DNA of 28,767 nucleotides from Chiloscyllium plagiosum. Its lineage: Eukaryota. Location of the stretch: positions 106,362 to 135,128 of the forward strand of contig NW_025215365.1 of the NCBI RefSeq assembly GCF_004010195.1, written 5' to 3'. The position numbers and the translations under genes were made by a program. This document shows, piece by piece, positions 12,861-23,506 of this stretch; within the stretch, counting starts at the first letter, position 1; every line of letters begins with the position of its first letter. Under the pieces are notes generated by a model. The model made no database searches. It was not told the DNA's origin and saw nothing but the letters and a program-made list of their open reading frames with translations.

Positions 12861-13168
12861 GGCGGCACAGTGGTTAGCACTGCTGCCTCACAGTGCCAGG
12901 GACCCGGGTTCAATTCCCGCCTCAGGCGACTGACTGTGTGGAGTTTGCACGTTCTCCCCGTGTCTGCGTGGGTTTCCTCCGGGTGCTCCGGTTTCCTCCC
13001 ACAGTCCAAAGATGTGCAGGGTCAGGTGAATTGGCCATACTAAATTGCCCGTAGTGTTAGGTAAGGGGTAAATGTAGGGGTATGGGGTCGGTTTCGCTTC
13101 GGCGGGTCGGTGTGGACTTGTTGGGCCGAAGGGCCTGTTTCCACACTGTAATCTAATCTAATCTAATC
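12861..13168 (+). mobile_element. Near full-length HE1-type SINE with (TAATC)n tail
   Basis: ggcggcacagtggttagcactg, B box ggttcaattcc, central domain, and end gggcctgtttccacactgtaatctaatctaatctaatc. Confidence 0.92.
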
Positions 13169-13179
13169 AATAGGGTTCT

Positions 13180-13771
13180 GTGCTATTGAGTAATGGAGTT
13201 GGGAGGTCATGTGGCAGCTGTACAGGACATTGATTAGACCACTTTTGGAATATAACAATTCTGGTCTCCTTCCTATCGGAAGGATGTTGTGAAACCTGAA
13301 AGGGTTCAGAAAAGATTTACAAGGATGTTGCCAGGGTTGGAGGATTTGAGGTACAGGGAGAGACTGAACAGGCTGGGGTTGTTTTCCCTGGAGCGTCGGA
13401 GACTGAGGGGTGACCTTATAGAGGTTTACAAAATTATGAGGGGCATGGGTAGGGTAAATAGGCAACGTCTTTTCCCTGGGGTGGGGGAGTCCAGAACTAG
13501 AGGGTATAGGTTTAGGGTGAGAGGGGAAAGATAAAGAAGAGACCTAAGGGACACGCAGAGGGTGGTACGTGTATGGAATGAGCTGCCAGGGGAAGTTTTG
13601 GAGGCTGGTACAATTGCAACATTTAAGAGGCATTTGGATGGGTATATGAATTGGAAGGGTTTGGAGGGATATGTGCCGGGTGCTGGCAGATGGACCTAGA
13701 TTGGGTTGGGATATCCGGTCGGCAAGTTGGACCGAGGGGTCTGTTTCTGTGCTGTACATCTCTATGACTCA
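13180..13771 (+). mobile_element. 5'-truncated CR1/HER1-type LINE
   Basis: Encodes [49 protein letters not shown], the typical CR1 ORF2 C-terminus. Ends in ctgtacatctctatgactc. Confidence 0.92.
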
Positions 13772-14358
13772 GTGGGAGCAGCTACTGAGCCAAAAGAGGA
13801 TGAGTACCATGGAGAGGTTGGAACTTGCACAAGGATAGAGGCGATTAGTAGATGGGGGAGTTGTGGAAGTCCCATTGTAAGAGATGGATGAGTGCGCTTG
13901 TCAGAGACGTGGATGTGAAGCTTAACAAAGCAGTGTGAGCGACTGGGAGTAGTACACCCTGCAGGATGTGAGTGAATTTGCAACTGTACGTCAACTGTCA
14001 GATACAACTCTATAACTGTGTCTTCCATTTATAATTTGCGGATTGGCCCTATCTCGATGAGATCGCGCCCACCTGAGTCCTTATCGCCTCCAAGGCCACA
14101 CGCTCAACACCAGGAGTAAACTATAACCATCTGGACAGGTTGGGTGAGGGGGTGAATCAATAGCAGATGCAGCATAATTTGGATAAAAGCGAGATTATTC
14201 ACTTTGGAAGCAAAAACAAGGTGGCAGATTACTGCCTGATGGATGTACTCTGGGAGAGGGGAATGTGCAGTGGGGTCTGGGTCTCCTCATACACCAGTCG
14301 CTGAAGGTAAGCAGCAGGCAGTAAAGAAGGCAATTGGACGTTGGCCTTCATTGTGTGA

Positions 14359-15378
14359 CATGGTGTGGAGGTGCTGACGTCACACTGGGGTAGATTAAGT
14401 TCAAAATCACACAGCACCAGGTTATAGTCCAACAGGTTTATTTGGAAGCACTAGTTTTCGGAGCGCTGCTCACTGATCAGGTGGTTGTGGAGCAAGAACA
14501 TAAGACAGAATTTCGAGCCGAAGATGACAGTGCAGCTGATACAATATATTGAACAAACCTAGATTGCTGTGAAATCTTTAATCTTTTAGAGTAGATTACA
14601 GGCTTCAATTCATTAATACGTAAATCCCAGAACCTGTTTCAAATCACATTCTCGAGATAACAAGGTTTTATAAAAAAGGTGACACCTCAGCTCAGACAAT
14701 GCATTAAAGGTGTGAGGTTAGAGTCTGTCTGTATCCCAATCTTGAGTCAGACTGGCTCTCACAGGCTTATATTCCGTCACACTCACACACACACGCAAAC
14801 ACACACTCTCTCATGTGCAGACACTCACATGCACACACTCACACTCTCTCTCTCTCCCCCTCACATGCATGCACACATACATATGGGGTGAATTTGCATT
14901 TGAAAAATTGTATTTGCAGATACATTTTATTCTGTTCAAAAAGCACACAACCTGCAGGCAGTCAATCCATGTGACATTTTATAAATTCCTATTTTGGAAA
15001 TGGAGCTGATCTAACTCAAGGTTAGAATACAGACAGACTCTAACCTCACACCTTTAATGCATTGTCTGAGCTCAAATGTCATCTGTTTTTATAAAACCTT
15101 AAGTTATCTTGAGAATGTGACTTAAAAGAAGATCTGGGGTTTACATATTAATGAACCAAAACCTGCAACCCATTCTAAAAGATGAAAAGACTTAAAAGCA
15201 ATCTAGATTTGTTCAATATATCGCATTAGTTGCATGACACTGTAATCTTTTACGATAAATCCTTTGTGTTATGATCCTGTCCCACAGCTACCTGATGAAG
15301 GAGCGTCGCTCCGAAAGCTAGTGCTTCCAAATAAACCTGTTGGATTATAATCCGGTGTTGGGTGATTTTGAACTTCTC
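14359..15378. mobile_element. Penelope-like non-autonomous element with ~360-bp inverted arms (14397-14758 and 15002-15375)
   Basis: The arms are reverse complements (e.g. gctcagacaatgcattaaaggtgtgaggttagagtctgtctgtat versus atacagacagactctaacctcacacctttaatgcattgtctgagc). Each outer end carries a hammerhead motif, and TGTGA flanks both sides (14354-14358 and 15379-15383). Confidence 0.75.
15286..15325 (+). ncRNA. Minimal type-I hammerhead ribozyme motif (apparently intact core)
   Basis: tac-CTGATGA-a-GGAGC-gtc-GCTCC-GAAA-gc-TA-gtg: both catalytic boxes, a 5-bp stem II closed by G-C, a minimal stem III and a 3-bp stem I. Activity is untested. Confidence 0.65.
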
Positions 15379-16634
15379 TGTGAGAGGTTTCGAGTCCAGG
15401 AGCAGGGATGTGTTATTGCAGTGGTACAGGGCCTTAGTGTGGCCCCAGCTAGAGTATTGTATACAGCTTTGGTCTCCTTTCCTGAGGAAGGATGCTCTTG
15501 CTCTCGAGGGAGTGCAGTGAGGAGTTACCAGGCTGATTCCGGGGGGATGGCGGGACTGGGGAGAGATTGACTGGGTTAGGATTGTTTTCACTGGAGTTCA
15601 GACAAATGAGGGGGCATCTCATAGAGACGTATAAAACTCTTAACAAGACTAGACAGGGTAGTTGCAGGGAGGATGTTCCCGATGGTGGGTGTGTCCAGAA
15701 CCAGGCGTCACAGACTGAGGATTCGGGGTGGGCGGAGATGAGGAGACATTTCTTCACCCAAAGAGTGGTGAGGCTGTGGAATTCATTACCACAGGAAGTG
15801 GTTGATGCCAAAATACTGAATATATTCAAGAGGTGGCTAGACATAGCACTTGGGGTGAATGGGATCAAAGGTTATGGGGGAGAAAGCAGGATTAGGCTAT
15901 TGAGTTGGACAATCAGCCATGATAGTGATGGATGGGGGAGCAGGCTCGAAGGGCCGAATGGCCTCCTGCTGCTTCTATCTCCTCTGTTTGTATATGTGTC
16001 TATAATGAGTTTGCTGTGTTAATGAGCCATGCAGAACTTTACTGCTGGGTTTCACACATACGATACCAGATTCCCGGCTCCCCAAAGCCTCTCTGGGGTA
16101 ATATCAGGACCATAGCGGTCATCACCTCAGCTGAGAAAGAGTTGCAAGTGGGAAAATGACTGGTACATCTGCCAGAGGGCTCGATCTACTTTGTAAAGGT
16201 GTAGGATGCTGAATCAATGTATATCGCTGTCCAACTCCAAAGCAAACCTGAGCAAGCCAAGACAAGCCAAGTGAAGTCTACTCCACAGAAACAATTCTGA
16301 GTCAAGTTAAAATAAACTGAATAACATCACAGCAGGCAAAGCCAGATCAAGCCAAGTCAAACCTGAGAGATTATACAACCTTCAGTTTATAGTCGTTTTG
16401 AAGCTCTATGACAGTGCTGATTGGATACAGATATCACAAACAGTCGGGTGTACAACTGATTTACTGAAATTATACCAACAACAAAGGGCATCATTTCGGT
16501 ATCCCTTCTCCATTCTGACCAACCACAATCTCACTATTGCTAACCAATGGATTAAAGCCAAAACCTGGGGAGCCTCAATCTGCTATATTCCTATTGGGGC
16601 ACATGTTCTGGCCAAACGTGACACAGTTTCAAGG

Positions 16635-17175
16635 ACCCTTCCTACACTTTTGCAACATCTGCAACAGATATTAAGGATATACCAGTATTTTGTACACGTG
16701 TGCTGGAGGTGGAGGTCTGGTGCTGCAAATATACTTATCTAACCCAGTTATGCACTTCAGCAACTTCTGTTACAGATTTGAGCAGGATGTTCGAATGCTG
16801 AAAATGGGAGAAAGTCCCTTTCTCACCAAGTTATGCACTTCAGTAACATCTGCAACAGGTTTTCTAAAACAAAACTGCCAGCATTTTGGACAATTTAGGT
16901 AGTAGTGGGGGTTTGGATGCGTAAAAGTGCTTATCGCACCGAGTTATGGACTTTCATAACGTCTGCAACAGGTTTTAAGGAACTGTCACCATTGTGTATA
17001 TGTTTGTGAGAAATGGCGGTTTGCAGCATTGGAAGGGCTTACCTCACCGAGGTGTGCATTTTCGGAGGTTCAACATTAAGATCAAGTAGGGTTTTGGAGA
17101 ATTTTACTGGAAATGGGTACTTAGTTCTTCAAAAGTATCCATTTAGCAACACCAATAACAGATTTTAGCAAAATT
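16635..17175. repeat. Degenerate minisatellite, about 6 units of ~83-113 bp
   Basis: Recurring core (agttatgcactt)...aacatctgcaacag at ~16654, 16762, 16845 and 16958, with more decayed units at ~17050 and ~17145. Confidence 0.7.
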
Positions 17176-17374
17176 CTGAAACCCCCCCCCCCTTTCATAG
17201 GACACTTGCACCCCAACTCTCCTCATAGGTCCAAGCGATGGTCACGTAGCAAGCCTTTGTCACTTCCACAACGTCAATGGAAGTTTCCATTGCAGAGACC
17301 TGCTATTAGCTACTCTCCCACTTTTGTTGAGTTCACTGATTGCGCTGAGATCGAGTACACGTTGGGTCTATTTA

Positions 17375-17632
<258 letters not shown>

Positions 17633-17761
17633 CTAGGCTGTCACTGCTGTCCTGCCTCACACCCATTAAAACAATCTTGTTCTCAACTACTTTATCCCTT
17701 ACTGTGGGTAATGTCCCTGAACACAGAACCTTTATGGAACCAATTCCCAAGTCTGTCAGGT

Positions 17762-17785
17762 GATAGATAGATAGATAGATAGGTG

Positions 17786-17870
<85 letters not shown>
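17762..17870. repeat. Compound (GATA)n(GACA)n microsatellite forming the SINE 3' tail
   Basis: Directly visible; it abuts the 3' end of the minus-strand SINE at 17884. Confidence 0.95.
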
Positions 17871-17871
<1 letters not shown>

Positions 17872-17883
17872 ATCGATCGATAG

Positions 17884-18193
17884 ATTACCTACAGTGTGGA
17901 AACAGGCCCTTCGACCCAACACGTCCACACCGACCCTCCGAAGAGAAACCCACCCCCCCCTCTATTTACCCCTGACTAATCCACCTAACACTACGGGCAA
18001 TTTAGCATGGCCAATTCACCTGCCCAACACATCTTTGGACTGTGGGAGGAAACCGGAGCACCCGGAGGAAACCCACACAGACACGGGGAGAATGTGCAAA
18101 CTCCACACAGTCAGTTGCCCGAGGCGGGAATTGAACCCGGGTCCCTGGAGCTGTGAGGCAGCAGTGCTAGCCACTGAGCCACCGTGCTGCCCC
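17884..18193 (-). mobile_element. Full-length HE1-type SINE
   Basis: On the minus strand: ggggcagcacggtggctcagtggctagc (A box), ggttcaattcc (B box), central domain and tail gggcctgtttccacactgtaggtaatcta. Confidence 0.93.
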
Positions 18194-18194
18194 G

Positions 18195-18284
18195 AGTTCA
18201 TGACGTGCGTGGTGAACTCATTGCAGGCCGGCAAGACACAGATCAGGTGAGAAACAGTCGGAGAACCGATGGGAGCCAAGCCCG
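18195..18284 (-). pseudogene. 90-bp duplicate of the PBX intron/exon-4 junction with a destroyed acceptor (pseudo-exon fragment)
   Basis: 86/90 identity to 17533-17622. It contains the first 34 exon nt ([11 protein letters not shown]), and the acceptor cgcAG reads tgcCG. Confidence 0.9.
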
Positions 18285-18529
18285 TGTAACCAGTGCATCC
18301 CTCTGCATAGGTTACAGCCCCCTCACCTTCTGAAACGTATCACCTTTCACTCTTCTTTCTTCCTTCAAGATAGTTTTTAAAGATTACAACATTTACCACA
18401 CTTTGGCCACTTAATATCTCCTTACAATGGATCCAAAGTTCTCTCAGTTTGGCCTGTTAACATCCCGGTGAAGCAGCCTTGCTATGGTGCGATATAAATG
18501 TCAAAGGCAATTGCTATAACACAATGTTG

Positions 18530-18990
18530 GATCCCCCACGGTGTGGGGAGGCTATTCGGCCTACATCGAGTCTGCACTGACCCACCGGGGAGCATCCCAC
18601 CCAGAGCCAGCCCCCACCTTATCTCCATAGCCACATAGCCAATCTATCTAACCTGCACACCTTTGTTAAGAATTCCTGATGAAAGGCTTGTGCCTGAAAC
18701 GTCGATTCTCCTGCCCCTCGGATGCTGCCTGACCGGCTGTGCTTTTCCAGCACCACCCTCTCGACTTTGTTAAAAATCACACAACACCAGGTTATAGTCC
18801 AACAGGTTTATTTGGAAGCCATCCAGCAAGATCATAAGACACAGAATTTATAGCAAAAGATCACAGCGGCATGCAACGCATTCTAAAAGATAAAAGACTT
18901 AACAGCAATCTACGTTTGTTCAATATATCGTATCAGTTGCATGACACTGTGAGGTAGCAGTGCTAACCACTGAGCCACCGTGCCACCCCA
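18530..18990 (-). mobile_element. Degenerate SINE hosting two nested Penelope-like fragments (18670-18764 and 18769-18948)
   Basis: SINE tail-like sequence at 18530-18663 and tRNA head ctgtgaggtagcagtgctaaccactgagccaccgtgccaccc at 18947-18989. 18769-18948 matches the 14400 arm. CTTTGTTAA is repeated at 18661-18669 and 18765-18773 around the 95-bp insert. Confidence 0.75.
18669..18710 (+). ncRNA. Minimal type-I hammerhead ribozyme motif (second family)
   Basis: agaattc-CTGATGA-a-AGGC-ttgt-GCCT-GAAA-cg-TC-gattct: both catalytic boxes, stem II, a GUC cleavage triplet and a bulged stem I. Confidence 0.65.
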
Positions 18991-19129
18991 TTGATCACAA
19001 TGAGATGATCAAGCTCAGGCTATAGTCTTAAATTGGGTGCGAGTTGTGACTGATGCAGAACTGTGCGTGTGTCAGAAGGTGCTATGACTGGCACAGAAGA
19101 CACTGCAAACCACTTCACCTGCCACTGGG

Positions 19130-19670
19130 GTTGCCACTTCCCGCAGAAGGGTGCTGAAGGTTGGGCATGGTCCCCCAACAGTGAGGTGCCACTGGCCCAA
19201 GCCCACGGAGGTAATCTGATGGAAAGTTATGTTAACATTTCTGTTCTGGGGCTGTCGCAATGTTCCACTGAAATACAACACAAACTCGAGAAACAGCACC
19301 TCACTTTCCCCACAGACTGCTCCCATGCAATAATTCCGGAAACTGACCGCGTTAGGTCTATTCTCCATTTTTCATGCATTCTTCCCCCTTCCAAAGAGCC
19401 TGCTCTTGTAGGCTGTGCATTTAGCAGGGAGGACCAATTCTCTCCCTTTGACACCTTTAACGTACATCCGTTTCACATCTCCTTGTCTCTTTCACCCACA
19501 TTAATAACCCCTGTGGCTTCCGCACTGTCAAAAGTGTTGGAAAAAAAAAACATTCTGAAGGAGAGACATACCAGACTTGAGGTATTAACTGTGCCTCTCT
19601 GTCCACAGATGTCGCCAGAGTTCCTCCAGCATTCTCTGTGTTGGTTTCAGATTGCCAGTGTTTTGTCTGA
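19130..19670 (+). mobile_element. Decayed Penelope-like element 3' end (GIY-YIG endonuclease C-terminal remnant plus terminal repeat)
   Basis: ISVLGLSQCSTEIQHKLEKQHLTF resembles the PLE C-terminal motif as I recall it (SILGLL.C....RKLEEQHLIF). Downstream ctgaaggag...ttaactgtgcctctctgtccacagatg resembles the 7093 terminal family. Confidence 0.55.
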
Positions 19671-20214
19671 TAGAGTGGATCAGCATAGCCACGTAATTAA
19701 TTTCTTCACAAGATGCACATTAACTGCACAGCTTCTAATGCTATTTATCAAACCTCAAGGCTCTGGCGAGGCCAGGTTCGCTTCCTTGTTGCTGGAGAGT
19801 TTCCAATTTACAAATCCCATTTGTCTGATGGAGGTTTGCGAGCGAAAAGGGATAAATTGTCACTCTGGAGGCAGGAAGTGGGAGCTGGCATTGCTTCGGA
19901 CTCGGAATTCAATTCAAAGTTAATTACTGATCAGCTGACAAATTGATCAGTCTCAAGGCTTTCAAGGGATTGAGCCCTGAGACATCACGGGGATGGGTTT
20001 CCTGTCTCGTGAGCGGTGCAGGGGCCTGCTCTCAGAATCACAGGCCATTCAGCCCCTTCGTGTCTGCACTGGTTCTCTGAACGTTTTGACTTTATGTCAA
20101 ATTCCTGTTCTTTTCCCATGACCCTGTGCACTGTTTCAGCATCCTCATGAAAGCATCAATCAAACCTGCCTCCACTACATTCCCAGGCAGTGCGTTCCCA
20201 GACTCCGGTCATAA

Positions 20215-20550
20215 ATTCACGCAGCACAGGAACAGACCTGTCGGCCCAACTCATCCATGCCGACCCGGTTTCCTTATCTGAGCTAGTCCCACTTGCCTGC
20301 ACTTGGCCCATATTCCTCTCAACCTTTCCTATACATGAACCTTTCCTATACATCAACCTTTCCTATACATCAACCTTTCCTATACATCAACCTTTCCTAT
20401 ACATGTCCAAATGCCTTTTAAATGTTGCAACTTTAGCTGCTTCTACCACTTCCTCTGGCAGCTCATTGCACAAATGAACCACCCTTAGGTCCCTCTTAAA
20501 TCATTCTCCTCTCACCTTAAACCTATGCCCTTTAGTTTTGGACTCTCTAT
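20215..20550 (-). mobile_element. CR1/HER1-type LINE 3' fragment with an internal 17-bp x5 tandem expansion
   Basis: Family terminus is present, and aacctttcctatacat(c/g) is repeated five times at 20321-20405. Confidence 0.85.
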
Positions 20551-20662
20551 TTTCTTATGCTTAATACTATTCAAAATGGCGCCACATCATGGCAGAAACG
20601 GCTTTCACTGGATTTTATTATTTGGCTCACCGTAAAATACACATGACAATAAAATCATTCAT

Positions 20663-21330
20663 TCACTCACACAGACACACACGCACACATGCGCGCACAC
20701 ACACACTCACACATATGCATGCACACGTGCGCACACAGACACACGCACACACAGACACACGCACACAGACACACACACATATGCATGCACACGTGTGCAC
20801 ACAGACACACATGCGCACACACACGCACACACAGACACACACACATATGCATGCACATGTGCGCACACAGACACACGCACACAGACACACATACACACAC
20901 ACGCGCACACAGAAACACACACACATATGCATGCACACGTGAGCACACAGACACACGCACACACAGACACACGTGCACAGGCACGCACACACAGACACGC
21001 ACACATACACATATGTGCGCACACAGACACACACATATGCATGCACACGTGAGCACACAGACACGCACACAGACACACGCGCACACAGACACGCACACAC
21101 AGACACGCACACACATACACACGTGCGCACACAGACACACACACATATGCATGCACACAGACACACACATACACACACGCATGCACACAGACACACGCAT
21201 ACACGGACACATGCGCACACAGACACGCACACACATACACACACACACGCGCACACAGGCACACACACAGACACACACGCACACATAGACACATACACAC
21301 AGACACCCCTACACAAACACTTACACACAA
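20663..21330. repeat. Complex CA-rich micro/minisatellite
   Basis: About 670 bp of (CA)n interspersed with recurrent catatgcatgcacacgtg and cacacagacacacg units. Confidence 0.95.
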
Positions 21331-21334
21331 CAGA

Positions 21335-21450
21335 ATTGTGGACTGCAGCGGTTCAAGAAGGCAGCTCACCACCACCTTCCCCAGCGGCAATAGGGACGGG
21401 GAACAAATGGTCAGCCAGTGACACTCACATCCCACGAGTGAATACATCTT
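21335..21450 (+). mobile_element. LINE/SINE 3' terminal fragment (same family as 8420-8965)
   Basis: ggactgcagcggttcaagaaggcagctcaccaccacctt...cacatcccacgagtgaat. Confidence 0.65.
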
Positions 21451-22325
21451 TAAAAATGAGATGCCACTTATATTATCATTGGCTTATTTGCAGCCTTTGA
21501 TAACCACAATGTGTCCCAACGCCATTTACAGGTAATGAGCCACTTGCCAAGTGGTAGCACTCAACAGATTTGAAGAGAGTTATTCAGGGGAACCCTGACC
21601 CCTGAATCCTGCCATTGGCATACTGTAAAAGATGGCCTCCCACCGTCTTGTACCCGTGGCTTTAAATGTAGTCCATAAACAGCGGCCAACATGCAGACTC
21701 CAAGAGGAGATTATTCACAAAGAGAATGGGGCTTGCTTTAAACTCAAAAGTGTGGCCAACTATCCAGCACAGACCGTGGGGCGATTTGAGGAATTGTCCA
21801 CGCGATCAGAATCATGGGAAGGTGTTGCCCTCCGTGAGTTTGATGATAAGAAGCTTTCTTCACAGTACGTACCTGTGTGAGCCCCTGCGATGCAGGTAAT
21901 GGTGTGCACTGCAGCAGAAAGATGACTACTCGGTAAAAATAGAAGACAGACCCAGAGCTGCAGACCACCTGCAGCGTCTCTGTGACAGGCTGCACACCGA
22001 GCGCACAGAAACTAATTATCAGAGGAGTTTTGAAAGACAGGTGAGGAAAGCAGAAGGCGATGCCTGACTGGCAAATGCGCACTATGAAGCCAACCTGCAG
22101 TTCCAGAGAGCAGTCTCCCCACTCTCACAGGCAAGCAGATCAAACACAGGCACTCACTGCAGGGAGCTCGCGTACACTGAACCGGAACGGAATTGCCTTC
22201 ACAGCTAAACACTTCAACTGGAGTCAATGTAGAAATCACCCGGCCGAATTCAGAGAGAACTGCTGAAGTAATCAAAGCCGCGCTCTATGAAACGTGAAAC
22301 ATGCACAGCTTTCCTGTGTATTTAG

Positions 22326-22890
22326 ACATAGCGTCACAGAGATGTACAGCATGGAATCAGACTCTTCGGCCCAATTCGTCCTTGCTGACCAGATAGCCTA
22401 ACCTAATCTAGTCCCATTTGCCAGCATCTGGCCCATATCCCTCCAAACCTTTCCTATTCATATACCCATCCAGATGCTTTTTAAATGTACCAGCCTCCAC
22501 CACATCCTCTGGCAGCTCATTCCATACCTGTACCACCCTCTGCGTGAAGTGGTGGAGGCTGGTACAATTACAACATTTAAAAGGCGTTGGATGGGTATAG
22601 GAATAGGAAGGGTTTGGAGGGATATGGGCCGGGTGCTGGCAGGTGGGACTAGATTGGGTTGGGATATCTGGTCGAGTTGGACTTCAGGGTCTGTTTCCGT
22701 GCTGTACATCTCTATGACTCTATAAGGTCCCTTTTATATCTTTCCCCTCTCATCCTAAACCTATGCCCTCTAGTTCTGGACTCCCCTACCCCAGAGGAAA
22801 AGAACTAGCCTATTTATCCTATCCATGCCCCTCATTTAATAGACCTCTATAAGGTCACCCGTCAGCCTCCAACGCTCCAAGGAAAATAGA
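22326..22890 (-). mobile_element. CR1/HER1-type LINE 3' fragment containing an inverted copy of the same 3' end (22546-22722, + strand)
   Basis: The minus copy runs 22326-22548 and resumes at 22723 (aaggtcccttt...). The intervening plus-strand copy ends ctgtacatctctatgactctat. Confidence 0.88.
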
Positions 22891-23506
22891 AAAAATACTG
22901 CGCGGGGCTAACTTAGTACTCATGGTTTATATTTTCCAAATTTAATCAAGCGATAGATCTCAATAAAACATATAATCGAGAAAGAACCCACTCTACTCAC
23001 TATTGGAGATTTACAGCAAGGTTATACTTAGAAACTATGCACTTACGTGTTCCTGTGCTGTGAGCTCACTCACACAAGTTCCCCCAAGGTCAGCTATGAA
23101 TTTCGCTGTTCGTAGATGCACTCTGATGTCCAGGGATACACGAACTCAAACAGCAATGACAGTAACTGTACAGGTTCACTGCTGTGTCAGACAGCAGCGT
23201 AGGTTTCTGTCTCTGACCATGTGGTCGTTGCCTTTGTCTGTCTGTCTTCCTCCGTTTTAATGTACCATTGTTTTGATCCTTTTACCTCCCCACTCCCCCC
23301 TCCAAAGTTCCAAAACAATGCAGTGGCATATAAAACAGTAATTGCTCCTCCTGGAATTCAAGGAAATCACCTCCAACACTGAAAATACATCAAAAAAGGA
23401 GCAGCTCTTACAGCCCCAATTTTATCCCATCCTCCATCTTGCAGATTACCCAGAATCCTGTGTATATACATGTGCTTGCCAACATGTGTATGTGCAACGT
23501 ATATGC

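Larger units (their letters stand above)
14130..15990 (+). mobile_element. CR1-type LINE 3' part (14130-14358 plus 15379-15990) interrupted by a palindromic Penelope-like insertion
   Basis: ttggccttcattgtgtga joins tgtgagaggtttcgagtccaggagcaggga across the insert. The downstream part encodes LGLFSLEFRQMRGHLIETYK...FFTQRVVRLWNSLP and ends gggccgaatggcctcctgctgc. Confidence 0.85.

Noticed and set aside
12861..12925. tRNA gene (also the other SINE heads)
   Set aside because: The A/B boxes belong to tRNA-derived SINE heads followed by SINE body and tail; there is no complete cloverleaf.
16635..17175. CRISPR-like repeat/spacer appearance
   Set aside because: The cores are too diverged, the 'spacers' are homologous to each other, the context is a vertebrate intron and there are no cas genes; it is a decayed minisatellite.
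19063..19923. 286-aa ORF as a novel gene
   Set aside because: It starts at a non-ATG codon and runs through decayed Penelope-like sequence; only a short GIY-YIG C-terminal-like remnant is recognisable.
20560..20665. Polyadenylation signal (aataaa) or YY1-like aaaatggcg as host regulatory sites
   Set aside because: The aataaa is on the strand opposite to PBX and is followed by (tcat)n, more like a retroelement 3' end; the evidence is insufficient either way.
20589..21500. Cys/Val- and His/Thr-rich ORFs
   Set aside because: These are translation artefacts of the CA/TG repeat.
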